Origin: an uncultured Chlamydiae bacterium | GTDB lineage: Bacteria > Chlamydiota > Chlamydiia > Chlamydiales > Parachlamydiaceae | Direction of reading: 5' to 3' | Length of the DNA stretch: 64,000 nt | Assembly (NCBI GenBank): GCA_963754655.1 | Contig: CAVWGN010000001.1 | Span: 2,880,001 to 2,944,000 of the forward strand | Part shown: positions 30,238 to 41,769 of the stretch, one piece after another | How the letters are laid out: each line of letters begins with the position of its first letter | Position numbering within the stretch: the stretch's first letter is position 1 | The notes under the pieces: model-generated | What the model was told of the DNA's origin: nothing | The model's input: the letters and a program-made list of their open reading frames with translations, nothing else | Databases searched by the model: none | Program-made: the position numbers and the translations under genes

Positions 30238-31278
30238 ATGTCTCATGCTTCTCCTTTTGCCAATCAAACACTTCTCATTACCGGTGGAACAGGGAGCTTT
30301 GGACGTGCACTTGCCAAGCACGTCTTGCAGGAAAATGCTTGTCGCAAGGTCATTATTTTCAGCCGCGATGAGTGGAAACAATGGGAAATGCGCCGCAATG
30401 ATCCCCTTTTTGACCATCCTAAGATTCGCTATTTTTTAGGCGATGTGCGCGATGCGGATCGCCTTACAAGGGCGTTTCATGAAGTCGATCTCATTGTTCA
30501 TGCAGCAGCCCTTAAGCAGGTGCCCGCTGCTGAATATAATCCATCCGAATTTATTAAGACCAACATCAATGGTGCCATGAACATCATTGATGCAGCGATT
30601 AATTGCGGAGTCAAAAAAGTTATTGCCCTATCGACAGATAAAGCAGTGAATCCTGTCAATTTATATGGCGCAACGAAGCTGTGCTCTGACAAGCTCTTTG
30701 TTGCGGGCAATGCATATGTGGGAGCAAGGGGTTACCCCAAATTTGCCGTTGTGCGCTATGGAAATGTGGCGGGCAGCCGGGGCAGCATTATTCCTTTCTG
30801 GCAAAAACTTATTGATCAAAGCATTAAAGCTTTGCCTATTACGGATGAACGGATGACCCGCTTTTGGATTACCCTTGACCAAGCTGTTCATCTTGTCCGT
30901 TCGTGCTTTTTAAACATGGAAGGGGGAGAAATTTTTGTTCCCAAAATTCCCAGTGTTAAGATCATGGATTTAGCCGAGGCTATGGCTCCTCAGCTTCCAA
31001 AAGAAATTTGTGGAATTCGCCCAGGAGAAAAGCTTAATGAATTAATGATCAGCGCAGATGATAGCCGACACACCGTTGAATTTGACAGGTACTATGTCAT
31101 TTTACCCGAATTAGCGCGTGAAGATCCTATTTATGAGAAACGCCCTATTTGCCGTGTAAGAGGCGAGGCTGTCCCTATTGATTTTGTTTATGCATCGCAC
31201 ACCAATCCTGAATGGCTAAGCGTAGAAGACATCCGTCAATTTCTTAAAGGGCAAAATTTTCATGAGCACATCCTTTAA
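30238..31278 (+). CDS. pseB: UDP-N-acetylglucosamine 4,6-dehydratase (inverting)
   Basis: TGGTGSFG, SRDEWKQ, AAALKQVPAAEYNP, YGATK, RYGNV, MTRFWIT, GIRPGEK. Confidence 0.93.
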   Translation: MSHASPFANQTLLITGGTGSFGRALAKHVLQENACRKVIIFSRDEWKQWEMRRNDPLFDHPKIRYFLGDVRDADRLTRAFHEVDLIVHAAALKQVPAAEYNPSEFIKTNINGAMNIIDAAINCGVKKVIALSTDKAVNPVNLYGATKLCSDKLFVAGNAYVGARGYPKFAVVRYGNVAGSRGSIIPFWQKLIDQSIKALPITDERMTRFWITLDQAVHLVRSCFLNMEGGEIFVPKIPSVKIMDLAEAMAPQLPKEICGIRPGEKLNELMISADDSRHTVEFDRYYVILPELAREDPIYEKRPICRVRGEAVPIDFVYASHTNPEWLSVEDIRQFLKGQNFHEHIL

Positions 31279-31429
31279 ACCTATTAAACCTATGATAGGA
31301 AAAGAAATTTTAAAACTTACTAAAAAAGGAGTTTTATTATTTACCCGGCTTAAAATTTTAATTTGGCAAGAATTGCGAAATTTTTTATAACAAGTCAAGA
31401 ACAAATTTTGGGTTAAGGAAGGAGCGCAC

Positions 31430-32452
31430 ATGCGAATAGGAATTCTTGGCATCAATCACAAATTAGCAGACTTAAAATTGCGCGAGCAGTTAGCAAAAGC
31501 CTGTCAGAAATGGTTTGGCGCTTTGCAAGCAGTGCATGACCATCACTATTTTGTTTTACTCTCTACTTGCAACCGGACAGAGATTTATTTTAGTTCTCAA
31601 GATTTAACAGCCACACATACTTATCTTTTGAGCATTTTACGCAATGAAGTGGAAGAGGAATTTGACCACAAGTTGTATTCCTACTTTGGAACAGATTGTT
31701 TTTGTCATTTGACACGCGTGACCTTAGGATTAGATAGTGCGATCATTGCAGAAACTGAAATTCAGGGGCAGGTCAAATTGGCATATGAAAACACCTCTGA
31801 TTATCATTCCTTGCCAGAAGATTTGCATTTTCTATTTCAAAAAGCTCTAGGAACCGCCAAGAAATTAAGATCAGAGCTTCAGCTAGGACGTGGAATGCCA
31901 AACTTAGAACATGCCATTTTACAAACAGGAAAATATGTTTTTACAATTCCTGAGCAGACTCGCTTACTATTTGTAGGAGCCTCAGATATTAATCAAAAAA
32001 TTTTGATGTTTTTAAAAAACAAGAATTTTCAAAATATGAGCCTCTGCAATCGATCGGATGAACAAGCAAAGGCATTAGCCCAGCAACACGGTGTACAGCA
32101 TCTCCCCTGGTCCCAGCTCAATCATTGGCCTGAGTATGACTGGATCATTTTTGGAACAAAATCTCCTGATTATCTCATCACATACAAAGAAATCCATCAG
32201 CGTCCTATTAGCCAAAAGTTAATTATGGATTTATGTGTTCCACGTAATGTAGAACCTAAACTAGGCCAAGACTCTCGCGTGACTTTGCTAAATATTGATC
32301 AAATCAATCGACTGTTAAAAATTCGCTCTCGTCGCATGATGCACATGTTAAAAGAAGCTGAACAGCGCGTGGCTCAGGCAACGCATGAACATACAACTCG
32401 CTACCTAACAAAAGCAAAATCTAAAATTGCTTTATTAGCAGTAACCGCATAG
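31430..32452 (+). CDS. hemA: Glutamyl-tRNA reductase (short chlamydial form)
   Basis: [12 protein letters not shown]...[16 protein letters not shown]. Confidence 0.93.
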   Translation: MRIGILGINHKLADLKLREQLAKACQKWFGALQAVHDHHYFVLLSTCNRTEIYFSSQDLTATHTYLLSILRNEVEEEFDHKLYSYFGTDCFCHLTRVTLGLDSAIIAETEIQGQVKLAYENTSDYHSLPEDLHFLFQKALGTAKKLRSELQLGRGMPNLEHAILQTGKYVFTIPEQTRLLFVGASDINQKILMFLKNKNFQNMSLCNRSDEQAKALAQQHGVQHLPWSQLNHWPEYDWIIFGTKSPDYLITYKEIHQRPISQKLIMDLCVPRNVEPKLGQDSRVTLLNIDQINRLLKIRSRRMMHMLKEAEQRVAQATHEHTTRYLTKAKSKIALLAVTA

Positions 32453-32518
32453 AACGTGTTCGAAAACACCAGCATCTGGCCCTTAGTAATTACGTAAGCA
32501 TCTCGGATAGAAATTTAA

Positions 32519-33922
32519 TTAAAATTCAGCTTTTCCAGGATAGCGTGGAAAAGGAATCACATCGCGAATATTTTCCATGCCCGTTGCAAATTGAATTAAG
32601 CGTTCAAAACCTGCTCCAAACCCAGCATGGGGCACAGTTCCATATTTTCTCAATTCAAGATACCACCAATAGTTTTCGACTGGAAGACCCACTTCTTTCA
32701 TTCTAGCTTCTAAAACATTGAGACGCTCTTCACGCTGACTCCCACCCACAATTTCTCCTACTCTGGGCAAAAGCACATCCATAGCAGCAACTGTTTTATT
32801 ATCATCATTAGCGCGCATATAGAAGGCTTTAATTTGCTTAGGATAATCAGTAATCATAACAGGCTTTGCAAAAAACTCTTCCGCAAGATAGCGCTCATGT
32901 TCAGATTGCAAATCCAATCCCCACTTTACTGGAAATTCAAATTTTTTATCTGCCTTTTCTAAAATGCGAATGGCGTAAGTATACGTCGCTCTTTCAAAAG
33001 GGGTGTTAATGACATGCTCAAGGCGCTGAATAAGACCCTGTGAAATCAGCTTATCAAAAAACTGCATATCTTCTTGGCAATTTGTCAGAATATACTTGAA
33101 AACATATTTTAAGTACGCTTCTGCACAATCCATATCATCGTTGAGATCGGCAAAAGCCATTTCGGGCTCTATCATCCAAAATTCCGCCAAATGGCGCGAA
33201 GTATTAGAATTTTCAGCGCGAAAGGTGGGACCGAAAGTATAGATATCTGACAAAGAACAAGCAAAAATTTCGCCATCTAATTGTCCAGACACAGTTAAAT
33301 AAGTTGGCCTGGAAAAAAAGTCTTGAACAAAGTCAGCCTTGCCCTGAGGTGTTTTAGGAGGATTAGCCAGGTCTAAAGTCGTGACTTGAAACATTTGACC
33401 CGCACCTTCACAGTCAGAACCCGTGATAATAGGAGTATGAACATATAAAAAGCCTCGAGTTTGAAAAAATTGATGGGTGGCAAAAGCTAAGGCATTGCGT
33501 ATACGAGCCACGGCGCCAAAAGTATTGGTACGAGGGCGCAAATGGGCAATTGTACGCAAAAATTCGAAAGTGTGTTTTTTCTTTTGCATCGGGTACGTTT
33601 CAGGATCGCACTTTCCTATCAATGTAACAGCCGACGCCTGCATTTCTAGTGCCTGTCCTTTTGCTGGGCTTTCTACAATGACTCCATTGGCAGAAATAGA
33701 ACAACCTGTTGCTAGCTGTGTCAAGAGTTTCTCATAGCCAGGCACGTTTGGCGTCATAATCAGTTGAAAGTTAGATAAAGTTGATCCATCATTAACTTCG
33801 ACAAACGTAAATGTTTTTTGATTGCGAACAGTGCGAACCCATCCCTTGATTGTCACTTCGTGTCCGACCAAAGAAGGGGCATCTGCGCGTGGATGTTTTA
33901 AATCTTTAATTTTGATGCGCAT
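32519..33922 (-). CDS. asnS: Asparagine--tRNA ligase
   Basis: [37 protein letters not shown]. Confidence 0.97.
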   Translation of the reverse strand: MRIKIKDLKHPRADAPSLVGHEVTIKGWVRTVRNQKTFTFVEVNDGSTLSNFQLIMTPNVPGYEKLLTQLATGCSISANGVIVESPAKGQALEMQASAVTLIGKCDPETYPMQKKKHTFEFLRTIAHLRPRTNTFGAVARIRNALAFATHQFFQTRGFLYVHTPIITGSDCEGAGQMFQVTTLDLANPPKTPQGKADFVQDFFSRPTYLTVSGQLDGEIFACSLSDIYTFGPTFRAENSNTSRHLAEFWMIEPEMAFADLNDDMDCAEAYLKYVFKYILTNCQEDMQFFDKLISQGLIQRLEHVINTPFERATYTYAIRILEKADKKFEFPVKWGLDLQSEHERYLAEEFFAKPVMITDYPKQIKAFYMRANDDNKTVAAMDVLLPRVGEIVGGSQREERLNVLEARMKEVGLPVENYWWYLELRKYGTVPHAGFGAGFERLIQFATGMENIRDVIPFPRYPGKAEF

Positions 33923-33948
33923 GAGGCATTCTCCCTAACGTTGAATAT

Positions 33949-34803
33949 TTAAGCTAATTCTTTAAGTTGCTGAATTTCTCTTTTCCATAGCTCTACTCGT
34001 CCTGGTGTTTCCAGATATTTGGGTAAATGCCGCGTTCTGGAATCTCTCATCAAGAAGCGAAAACAATCCCATCCAATTTGACCCTCTCCTAGTGGTTGAT
34101 GACGATCCACCCGTGAGCCCAACTCTTTCAAAGAATCATTGAGATGAAAAGCATAAAGAAAAGAAAGACCTACAATGCGATCAAATTCAGATAATGTCTT
34201 TTCCCAAGCCTCGGGCGTCCGTACATCATATCCAGCAACAAATAAATGACAGGTATCCATGCAAACACCAATGGGAAGATGTTCTTTGACTTGCTCAACA
34301 ATATAGGCCAGATGTTCAAAGCGATAGCCAACAGTCGACCCTTGTCCTGCCGTAGTTTCTAATAGGAGCCGCGTAGTCCCTTTATGTAAAATAGGGCGAA
34401 CGAGCAACAAGCTTTCAACAATGCGCTCTAGGCATTTTTGAATATCTTCATTTAAAGCTGCTCCTGGATGAAGATTCAAATAAGGGATGCCAAGCTTTAC
34501 GCAGCGATCCACTTCTTCATAAAAGGCCTTTCGACTCTTTTCTAAAACATCAAGCCTTGGTCCACCTAAGTTAATCAAATAGCTATCATGACTCATAATG
34601 TGACAGAGTCCTGTCTCTTGCAAAGTTTGTTGCCAACTCTCAATGATTTCAGGTGTCAAAGAACGCCCTTGCCATTGCTTTTGATTACTCGTGAATAATT
34701 GGATAGTTGTTGCTCCAATCTCCTTGCCCTCTAAAAGGGCGCGATGAATTCCACCCACTGTAGAAGTGTGGGCTCCTATCAGGAGATTTGTCGCATTTAA
34801 CAT
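33949..34803 (-). CDS. nfo: Endonuclease IV
   Basis: GAHTS, HDSYLIN, HPG, ETTAGQG, DTCH, HLNDS, DRH, ETP. Confidence 0.96.
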   Translation of the reverse strand: MLNATNLLIGAHTSTVGGIHRALLEGKEIGATTIQLFTSNQKQWQGRSLTPEIIESWQQTLQETGLCHIMSHDSYLINLGGPRLDVLEKSRKAFYEEVDRCVKLGIPYLNLHPGAALNEDIQKCLERIVESLLLVRPILHKGTTRLLLETTAGQGSTVGYRFEHLAYIVEQVKEHLPIGVCMDTCHLFVAGYDVRTPEAWEKTLSEFDRIVGLSFLYAFHLNDSLKELGSRVDRHQPLGEGQIGWDCFRFLMRDSRTRHLPKYLETPGRVELWKREIQQLKELA

Positions 34804-34951
34804 GGCTGGCCTTTTATTCTTACCTTATGGAGCTGCGATTCTAGCAAGGCTCTGGGTTATTGACAAGCGCTTCTCCTTGCTTAATAAAAAAACAACGTGT
34901 TATGTTGGGCACTCGCTAAAATCTTCTTGATTCCGCAAATTTTCACAATCC

Positions 34952-36568
34952 ATGAAAGACACCATTCACACCATTCGTCGCTCTTCGCGTCGTTTTTTCT
35001 CAGGAACTTTACTTAGCCGTTTAACAGGTATGTTTCGTGACATATCCATGGCTTATGTGTTTGGTACTCAGCCATCTATTGCAGCCTTCATGGTCGCTTT
35101 TCGTTTTGCGCATTTGCTTAGAAGATTATTTGGAGAAGGAGCATTGCAATCGGCTTTTATCCCTGAATTTGAAGCTCTTCGACATCAACAAGAACAGCGA
35201 GCCTTTCTCTTTTTTCGCGATTTGACTTTGGTTTTAACTTTATTTCTCATTCTTCTGATTGGCGTATGTGGTGCAGGATTAGCAGGTTTTCTTTGGTGGG
35301 GAGATTTGCATCCCGATAATCAAGAAATTGTGTCCCTTACACTCTTGATGCTGCCAAGCCTTCTATTTATTTGCTTATTTGGACTTAATGCTTCCCTTCT
35401 CCAGTGTGAAAAGAGCTATTTTATCCCTAGTGTAGCCCCCGTGGCCTTTAACGGCATTTGGATAGCAATCGTTTTCAGTTTAAGGAATATGCCTGCGGAG
35501 CAAGCAATGCCTTGGCTTTCCTTTGGTGTTGTCATTGCCTGCCTCTGTCAATGGTTGTTAACTGTTCCACATACGTTGAAGAGCTTAAAAAATATTCGTT
35601 CCTCTGCAATTTGGTCCACTTTTCATCGCATATCCCCAGATCTTTATCAATTAGGCAAACCTCTTGCTTTGGGAATTTTAGGTGTGGCAGCCTCCCAAAT
35701 TAACAATGCCATTGATAGTTTATTTGCTCGATATGCAGAACCAGAAGGTCCTGCTTTTCTTTGGTATGCCATTCGCGTCCAACAACTGCCTCTAGCTTTA
35801 TTCGGGATTGCTGTCGCCGGGGCTGTTCTTCCTCCTCTTTCTCGTGCTCTAAAGGCGCATCAATGGGAAGATTATTATCATTTTTTGCATGATGCCCTTT
35901 ATCGCACTTGGATCTTTATGCTGCCTCTCACTGGAGCTTTATTCGTCATGGGCGATACGAGTATTCAACTTCTTTATGGAAGAGGCGATTTTAGTCCACA
36001 AGCAGTTGTTCAAACAACCTACTGCCTTTGGGCATACGGAATTGGTTTGATCCCTTCCGCCCTAGTCTTGGTTTTAGCTCCCGCTAGTTATGCTCAAAGC
36101 AATTATGTCCTTCCTGCAATAGCTTCTTTTATTACCATGTTATTAAACTTATTGCTCAATACCTTATTTATTATGGAATTTCAATGGGGAGCAGTCAGCG
36201 TTGCCCTTGCCACCAGCATCAGCGCTTGGATCAACTTAGGTGTACTAGGATGGAAATTATTTCGAACAGATTCTTCTTTATTTTCTCTGACCCTTTTGCA
36301 ACAAACAATACCTATGACCTTAGCCTCAATTGCAGCATGTTGGGGAACCTATAAAATTCGCCTTTTGTTTCAATACCTCCCTTTTTTTTCCGATACCCTC
36401 CTTCTTTCTTCTTCACTCTCTACTGAATTTGCCCTTCTTGCTTACCAAACATTGACGTTTGGAAGCCTTTTATTTTTGTGTTACTTCATCTTTTGCCTTA
36501 TTCAACGCTGCTTCTTTTCTATTTTTTTTTCAAAAACACAAATCAATCATCGTAATCATTTAAATTAA
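34952..36568 (+). CDS. murJ: Lipid II flippase
   Basis: SRLTGMFRD, RRLFGEGAL, QLPLALFG, LYGRGDF; many TM segments. Confidence 0.95.
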   Translation: MKDTIHTIRRSSRRFFSGTLLSRLTGMFRDISMAYVFGTQPSIAAFMVAFRFAHLLRRLFGEGALQSAFIPEFEALRHQQEQRAFLFFRDLTLVLTLFLILLIGVCGAGLAGFLWWGDLHPDNQEIVSLTLLMLPSLLFICLFGLNASLLQCEKSYFIPSVAPVAFNGIWIAIVFSLRNMPAEQAMPWLSFGVVIACLCQWLLTVPHTLKSLKNIRSSAIWSTFHRISPDLYQLGKPLALGILGVAASQINNAIDSLFARYAEPEGPAFLWYAIRVQQLPLALFGIAVAGAVLPPLSRALKAHQWEDYYHFLHDALYRTWIFMLPLTGALFVMGDTSIQLLYGRGDFSPQAVVQTTYCLWAYGIGLIPSALVLVLAPASYAQSNYVLPAIASFITMLLNLLLNTLFIMEFQWGAVSVALATSISAWINLGVLGWKLFRTDSSLFSLTLLQQTIPMTLASIAACWGTYKIRLLFQYLPFFSDTLLLSSSLSTEFALLAYQTLTFGSLLFLCYFIFCLIQRCFFSIFFSKTQINHRNHLN

Positions 36569-36737
36569 ATGTTTTTAATTAATTAACATCAGTAAAATCC
36601 CAAAATAAATTAATTAATTTAAAATAAAATTAAAAACAACCTTTTATTTGTATATTGTTTTTTTTGATTAATAATTCTTGACAGTAATTTCTATAATCTT
36701 TAATATATCAATTTCTTATTTAAGGAGTTTTTCGTTT

Positions 36738-37856
36738 ATGCATGTAAATAAGTTAGGTGTATGCTTATCTCCTTTTCAGAAAGCAACCTCTTCGAATGGA
36801 AAGGAGTTTAATTTTGGAGATTTAAATCAAGATGAGAAAGATTTATATACAAATATTGTCAATAAATTATTAAATTATTTTTCAGAACGAATCGAGCATC
36901 CTGTATTAGGAAAGACCCCTGATTCTAGAAATTATAGTTTAATTTTTCGGCAATCGAAATCTTGGCGTAACGTTGAAGCCATGTTTAACGAGCTTTTGCT
37001 ATTAAAAACAAGCTTTAAAACCAAGAAATGGGCAGAGAACTGGTTAAAAGATATTAATCTAATGAGAAATGACCAGAAGTCAATTAAAGATTGCATCTTC
37101 CAACTGCAAACCTGCAAAAACGAACTCAAAAAATTGAAGGGTGTTATTGATAATAAGCCTCTTATTCATAAAGAGCGTGATATTAAAATAATGATCTATC
37201 AAATTAGAAAGCGAATTATCGAGAAATTAAATGAAAAAGAAAAGCAGCTTTCTTCACCTGACTGGTTTTTAGAAAAGAATCCTTCCTGTCAAAAAATTAT
37301 CCAATTTTTAAAGAAAAATTGGGATTGTTTGAAACTTTTTCAAGAGTGGGCGGAAGTTGGATTAGATGATGAAAAGATATTTGTTCATCCTGAAAAAAAT
37401 AATTTAACATTAGATGAAAAACAAGAGGTAAATAAATCTGTTAAAGCCATTTTTATTATTGGAGAGGCTGGTCTTCCGAAGGAAATTCCCTTAGAGTATG
37501 AGGGAGAAGAACCTGGAAAAATTATTCGCCCTACAAAAATTAATATCAAAGATTTTCATTTAGCTTCTGCATCGCCTGGTCTTAAAAGAAAATCTTCATC
37601 TATTCAGTTAACTGATGAATTAATCTTTGACTTTCCTCTGGCAGAAGGTGAATATCATCAGGTCACAGAAGACATCAAAACAGTCAGCGAGACAGCTCTT
37701 AAACTTGAAAGCATTGTTCAACTTGCAATTAAGGAAGTTAATCAAAAAATATCGGGAAATATGGATGCATCCGATGAGAATCAAATTAAACGTTATTTAC
37801 TTTCTTTCTTTTCTTTAAATTCATTATTTCATACTGATAAACCAGAATTTAAATAA
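36738..37856 (+). CDS. Hypothetical low-GC coiled-coil protein (possible effector)
   Basis: Long K/E-rich ORF after an AT-rich intergenic region; ATG at 36738 after AAGGAG. Confidence 0.65.
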   Translation: MHVNKLGVCLSPFQKATSSNGKEFNFGDLNQDEKDLYTNIVNKLLNYFSERIEHPVLGKTPDSRNYSLIFRQSKSWRNVEAMFNELLLLKTSFKTKKWAENWLKDINLMRNDQKSIKDCIFQLQTCKNELKKLKGVIDNKPLIHKERDIKIMIYQIRKRIIEKLNEKEKQLSSPDWFLEKNPSCQKIIQFLKKNWDCLKLFQEWAEVGLDDEKIFVHPEKNNLTLDEKQEVNKSVKAIFIIGEAGLPKEIPLEYEGEEPGKIIRPTKINIKDFHLASASPGLKRKSSSIQLTDELIFDFPLAEGEYHQVTEDIKTVSETALKLESIVQLAIKEVNQKISGNMDASDENQIKRYLLSFFSLNSLFHTDKPEFK

Positions 37857-38640
37857 CGCGAAATACATCTCGCAATAGAGTAAGAGTGACTTCCATGATG
37901 ATCAAACCTATGATCGTCCATTCCAAACGGCTAGAATGTTGATGATTGAGTTCATTACCAAGCATCTCAAATAATTCGTGAATAACATCTAAACGTTGAT
38001 TCAGAACTTCCACGCGTGTTTCGAGGTCCAGGTAATTAGCTGTCATGGCATAAAGCGGCTCTAATTCTGTATATTCCCAAAAAAATTCTGGAGTATCTAA
38101 AACGTCCACATGTAAGTTAATAGAGCTACGCTCAATAAATAGCTCCCCCATCTTACGTCTAATTTCTCTACGAGATAAAGAAATGCGACCATGCTTAGCT
38201 AGATCTTCAGGAATATGTTTGGTATGGTTAAATGTTTTTCGAAGCGCACTTTCAAACGTACCTAATTTAACTGATTGAGCTAACCCATGTGAAATGGCCA
38301 AGCGGCTCAAAACATCTAGATTAGGCAATATAATTTCATCCTCTGCTATCTTCGGCATTTCCCCTACAATAAAGGTAAATTCATCCATTTCAATTTCTTC
38401 AATAGGCTGTTCTTCGAATTCTTTGATTTGTTCAAGATAAGCGCAGCAGCGCTCTAGACTTAGCCCCCAAAAGACTGTTGCCCCATAGGGAAAATAAAAA
38501 ATATCTCCAATGACTTCACCGGGCACAACAAAATGAATGACATCGCGATATAAAGTGACATTCGCTCCAACCTGCTTAAAGCGCTCATAAAGTGCCTTAA
38601 TATGATAGGCAGAAGCAGTACAATAGGCTCGGCAATCCAT
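37849..38640 (-). CDS. RMD1/DUF155 family protein
   Basis: SHGLAQSVKL, LDTPEFFWE, RLEWTIIGLI. Confidence 0.9.
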   Translation of the reverse strand: MDCRAYCTASAYHIKALYERFKQVGANVTLYRDVIHFVVPGEVIGDIFYFPYGATVFWGLSLERCCAYLEQIKEFEEQPIEEIEMDEFTFIVGEMPKIAEDEIILPNLDVLSRLAISHGLAQSVKLGTFESALRKTFNHTKHIPEDLAKHGRISLSRREIRRKMGELFIERSSINLHVDVLDTPEFFWEYTELEPLYAMTANYLDLETRVEVLNQRLDVIHELFEMLGNELNHQHSSRLEWTIIGLIIMEVTLTLLRDVFRVI

Positions 38641-38697
38641 AAAGGGGGGCCTTTAATATTGGATGGAAGAGGCGGTTGAAGAGTTAGATAGAATGGA

Positions 38698-38781
38698 TGC
38701 GAAAGAGGGGACTTGAACCCCTACGAGGAAACCCTCACTACCACCTCAAAGTAGCGCGTATACCAATTCCGCCACTTTCGC
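38698..38781 (-). tRNA. tRNA-Leu(GAG)
   Basis: Reverse complement GCGAAAG...CTTTCGCA, anticodon loop TTGAGGT, long variable arm, GGTTCAAGTCC. Confidence 0.95.
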
Positions 38782-38911
38782 ACAACTTGAAAAAGGTATA
38801 ATAGCACTTTTCTCTGTATCCAAGCAATCAGATTTTGCAAAGAAAATGATTCAGGATTAAAAACAGATTTAAAATGAAGCGTTACACTTTATCGCATGCT
38901 CCCTTTAAAAA

Positions 38912-39949
38912 TCAGAAGAATTTGATAATCTTGAGATCTTTAGGCAAATTATTTTTTATTCCTTCCTGCGTCACTTGAAAGCACGAAGTAATATTAAGCG
39001 TTTGAAGATTTTTTGGCACATTCTTCAATTCTTCATCTGTTAACCACTCACCACAACCGCTTAAACTAAGATTTTTAAGATCCTTAGGCAAATGTTTCAG
39101 GGTGACATCTTTTAAAACACATCCAGTTAATTCAAGCGTCTCAAGCTTTTCGGGCAAATTCTTCAATCCTTCTTCTGTTAAAATCCAATGAGATAGGCTA
39201 AGAAACCGAAGATCTGGAGGTAAATTTTTTATCCCTTCTTCTGTTAAGAATGACTCTTCTGCTTCTATGACGTCTAATATCAGCACTTCAAGTTTTTTGG
39301 GCAAATTTTTTAACCCTTCATTTGTGAGGAGCAGGCAATTGGTTAAATTAAGCTCTTTAATATTTGGACAAGCTTGTAAGATTTCTTGTAGTTGCAGGTC
39401 TGTAATAAGAGTATCTTCTAAATTAAGCTTTGTTAAAAACTCTCCCACTTGTTTGGCCATTTCTAGCTTGCTTTCCAGTGAAATAAAAGCTTTTTTTGGT
39501 TCCTGATATTTTGTTTTTTCGCTCTCTAATATCGAAGCGGATAACAAGGGCTTTTGCAACTTCTGAAAATCTTGAGATGTCTTTCCAAATTTGTTTTGCT
39601 CATTTTGATCCAATCTTTTCAAAAAATAAAGAAGAACATCTTCTGGTAAATCTTCTATTGTTTTTCCAGTCACTAATGTTTGGCAAATTTCATTTATTTT
39701 TTGAACCACTGGATCATTGGGATCCACTTGGTCTTGGATAAGCTTGGATTTGATCGTGAGAAGATAAGATTGAGCATCTTGTTGACTAATGTACTTAATC
39801 CCTCGCTGCAATACTTCTAAAATTTCAGGAAGGTGTTTTTGGGGATTGCTTTCGATCAATTGATCCAGCCTTTCATGGAATTGAGTATTTGAAAAAATTT
39901 CATTAGGATCATTGACTGACCTTGTTCCTATATTCATACTAACCTCCAC
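38912..39949 (-). CDS. F-box plus leucine-rich repeat protein (eukaryote-like effector)
   Basis: IEDLPEDVLLYFLKRL F-box-like segment, then 'LT.EGLKNLP..L..L.L..C' repeats. Confidence 0.85.
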   Translation of the reverse strand: MEVSMNIGTRSVNDPNEIFSNTQFHERLDQLIESNPQKHLPEILEVLQRGIKYISQQDAQSYLLTIKSKLIQDQVDPNDPVVQKINEICQTLVTGKTIEDLPEDVLLYFLKRLDQNEQNKFGKTSQDFQKLQKPLLSASILESEKTKYQEPKKAFISLESKLEMAKQVGEFLTKLNLEDTLITDLQLQEILQACPNIKELNLTNCLLLTNEGLKNLPKKLEVLILDVIEAEESFLTEEGIKNLPPDLRFLSLSHWILTEEGLKNLPEKLETLELTGCVLKDVTLKHLPKDLKNLSLSGCGEWLTDEELKNVPKNLQTLNITSCFQVTQEGIKNNLPKDLKIIKFF

Positions 39950-40227
39950 TATTAAATAAATTCATAGTTTAGTAATCAGTGACACTAGTTTTTGCCTAAG
40001 ATTCTATTTTTTAATAAAAATATATTTTAATAAAATAATAAATAAAACTAATTATTTAAATGTATTATATAACAAAATTAATTTAAATTAAAATAAGATA
40101 TTATTAATAAATGCTATTTATTTTTAATCAAAACTAAATAGTAAGCACTTAATATTAATAAAAAGCTAAGGAATTTCTTTAAATAAGAAAAATTAAATTG
40201 ATGGGGGTATCTTTCGCAGTTGCGACT

Positions 40228-40920
40228 TTATGCTTTTACACAAGCATCAAAGAAAGCCATCATTTTGTTCTGTAAGCCAAGGGAGATCTCATTTGAGCAA
40301 ATTTCCCGATAGCTTTGACAAGTCGCTAGCCGATAAAGCAGCTGTAATTCCGCCTGTTCCCAAATCAAGCTTCCAACCGGTTGATGATTTGGACACCAGC
40401 TCTCTGAATCTCGAGTAAAAGCCAAGCCTTGCAACGATTGCCAACATTCGCAGCATCGAAAAGGAAAAGCTATTAAACCATCATGTTTAAGTAATTTAAG
40501 GCGAAAACTCGTTGCTAGAATCCAAGGATTCACGGTATGAGGGATTTTTACAAGATAAAAACAGAGAAGGGCATAAAGTTGAGTAGCAGATTTGCCTAAA
40601 AATTGCGAAGCAAGCAAAGCTTGTACTAAATCACAGGCGACTTCTAAATCTAGTAATTTTTTGCGCAAAAAAGAGAATGAATCAAGCAAGGTCATTTCGT
40701 GGCAACTAAAAATTTCTCCTCTTTTTTCACGATAGATGACCTCTACTTTGGTCAAAGGAATAGTCATCCCTTGCCCACGCTGGCGCTTGCCGCGGCTGCC
40801 TTTATAAAGAACTTTAATAAGTCCGGCATCGGCAGTAAAGATCGAAAGGATTTGATCGTAATCCCTAAAAGGAATGACGCGCAAAATCACCCCTTCTGTA
40901 GAATGAAAAACTTGAGTCAT
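40228..40920 (-). CDS. recO: DNA repair protein RecO
   Basis: TEGVILR...D.ILSIFT...G OB fold; C-terminal CCEC...WC zinc site. Confidence 0.9.
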   Translation of the reverse strand: MTQVFHSTEGVILRVIPFRDYDQILSIFTADAGLIKVLYKGSRGKRQRGQGMTIPLTKVEVIYREKRGEIFSCHEMTLLDSFSFLRKKLLDLEVACDLVQALLASQFLGKSATQLYALLCFYLVKIPHTVNPWILATSFRLKLLKHDGLIAFPFRCCECWQSLQGLAFTRDSESWCPNHQPVGSLIWEQAELQLLYRLATCQSYREICSNEISLGLQNKMMAFFDACVKA

Positions 40921-40925
40921 ATTGC

Positions 40926-41044
40926 CTAGTACTCCATTACATTAGTTTTAGCCTATTGGGACTGCTTCAAAGCCCCGGAATTGGGATGAGATGATTCTCT
41001 TGTAGTCTTCAGACTACATGACGATGGGCAATCTAACCCAGGGC
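40926..41044. repeat. Left arm of family-D element (same subtype as 14865-14980)
   Basis: CTAGTACTCCATTACATTAGTTTTAGCCTATTGGGAC...GATTCTCTTGTAGTC.TCAGACTACATGAC...CCCAGGGC. Confidence 0.9.
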
Positions 41045-41441
41045 TAGGGTGTTCATTTTGTGCAAAAAATGAGCTTTATTTTTCACAATAATTGGCATAG
41101 TTAAATTGAAGGTCGCATGTTTATGCCGTCCTTTCAGGACTCGATGTCTTTTTGATAGAACCCAGGCCTCCGCTTCGCTGCGACCTGGGCTGTAACATGA
41201 CAGCCCTTCAGGCCTTAACAAAAAGATGATTTAGGGACTATAGAAGAGGGACTTAAACATCTCTTGTTAAGGCCTGAAGGGCCGTCATGTTACAGCCCAG
41301 GTCGCAGCGAAGCGGAGGCCTGGGTTCTATCAAAAAGACATCGAGTCCTGAAAGGACGGCATAAACATGCGACCTTCAATTCAACTATGCCAATTATAGT
41401 GAAAAATAAAGCTCATTTTTTTGCACAAAATGAACACCCTA
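41045..41441. mobile_element. Family-B MITE-like palindrome (397 bp) carrying an inverted REP-like doublet
   Basis: Arms 41045-41221 and 41264-41441 are near-perfect inverted repeats; ends TAGGGTGTTCATTTTGTGC; second copy at 48532-50638. Confidence 0.9.
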
Positions 41442-41684
41442 GCTAGTATTCCATTACAGGAGTATTAAGGCGCTAGCATTTTGTAAACACGTCCAAGGCA
41501 GAGCAGGCATAAGGTTGCAATCTAACATCTCATCCTAAAGTAAGGATTTAGCAATTTGAAAATCTCTCTTCATTTATACACTAGAGAAACCAAAATTTGC
41601 AATTTCTTATTATAATTCTAGACTTATAATCTCTTGCCTTATATATTGATTTCCTAGTTATTAAAATGCATTTAACGATATTAT

Positions 41685-41757
41685 GCACCGATAGCTCAAT
41701 GGATAGAGTACCCGGCTTCGAACCGGGTGGTTAGAGGTTCGAGCCCTCTTCGGTGCA
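41685..41757 (+). tRNA. tRNA-Arg(TCG)
   Basis: Acceptor GCACCGA/TCGGTGC; anticodon arm CCCGG-CTTCGAA-CCGGG; T-arm GGTTCGAGCCC. Confidence 0.95.
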
Positions 41758-41769
41758 CTTTTTATTTTT

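Noticed and set aside
41033..41446. Mirror-image 60-62-aa ORFs (MLRPEG...)
   Set aside because: They are by-products of the palindrome arms, with TTG starts and no supporting motif.
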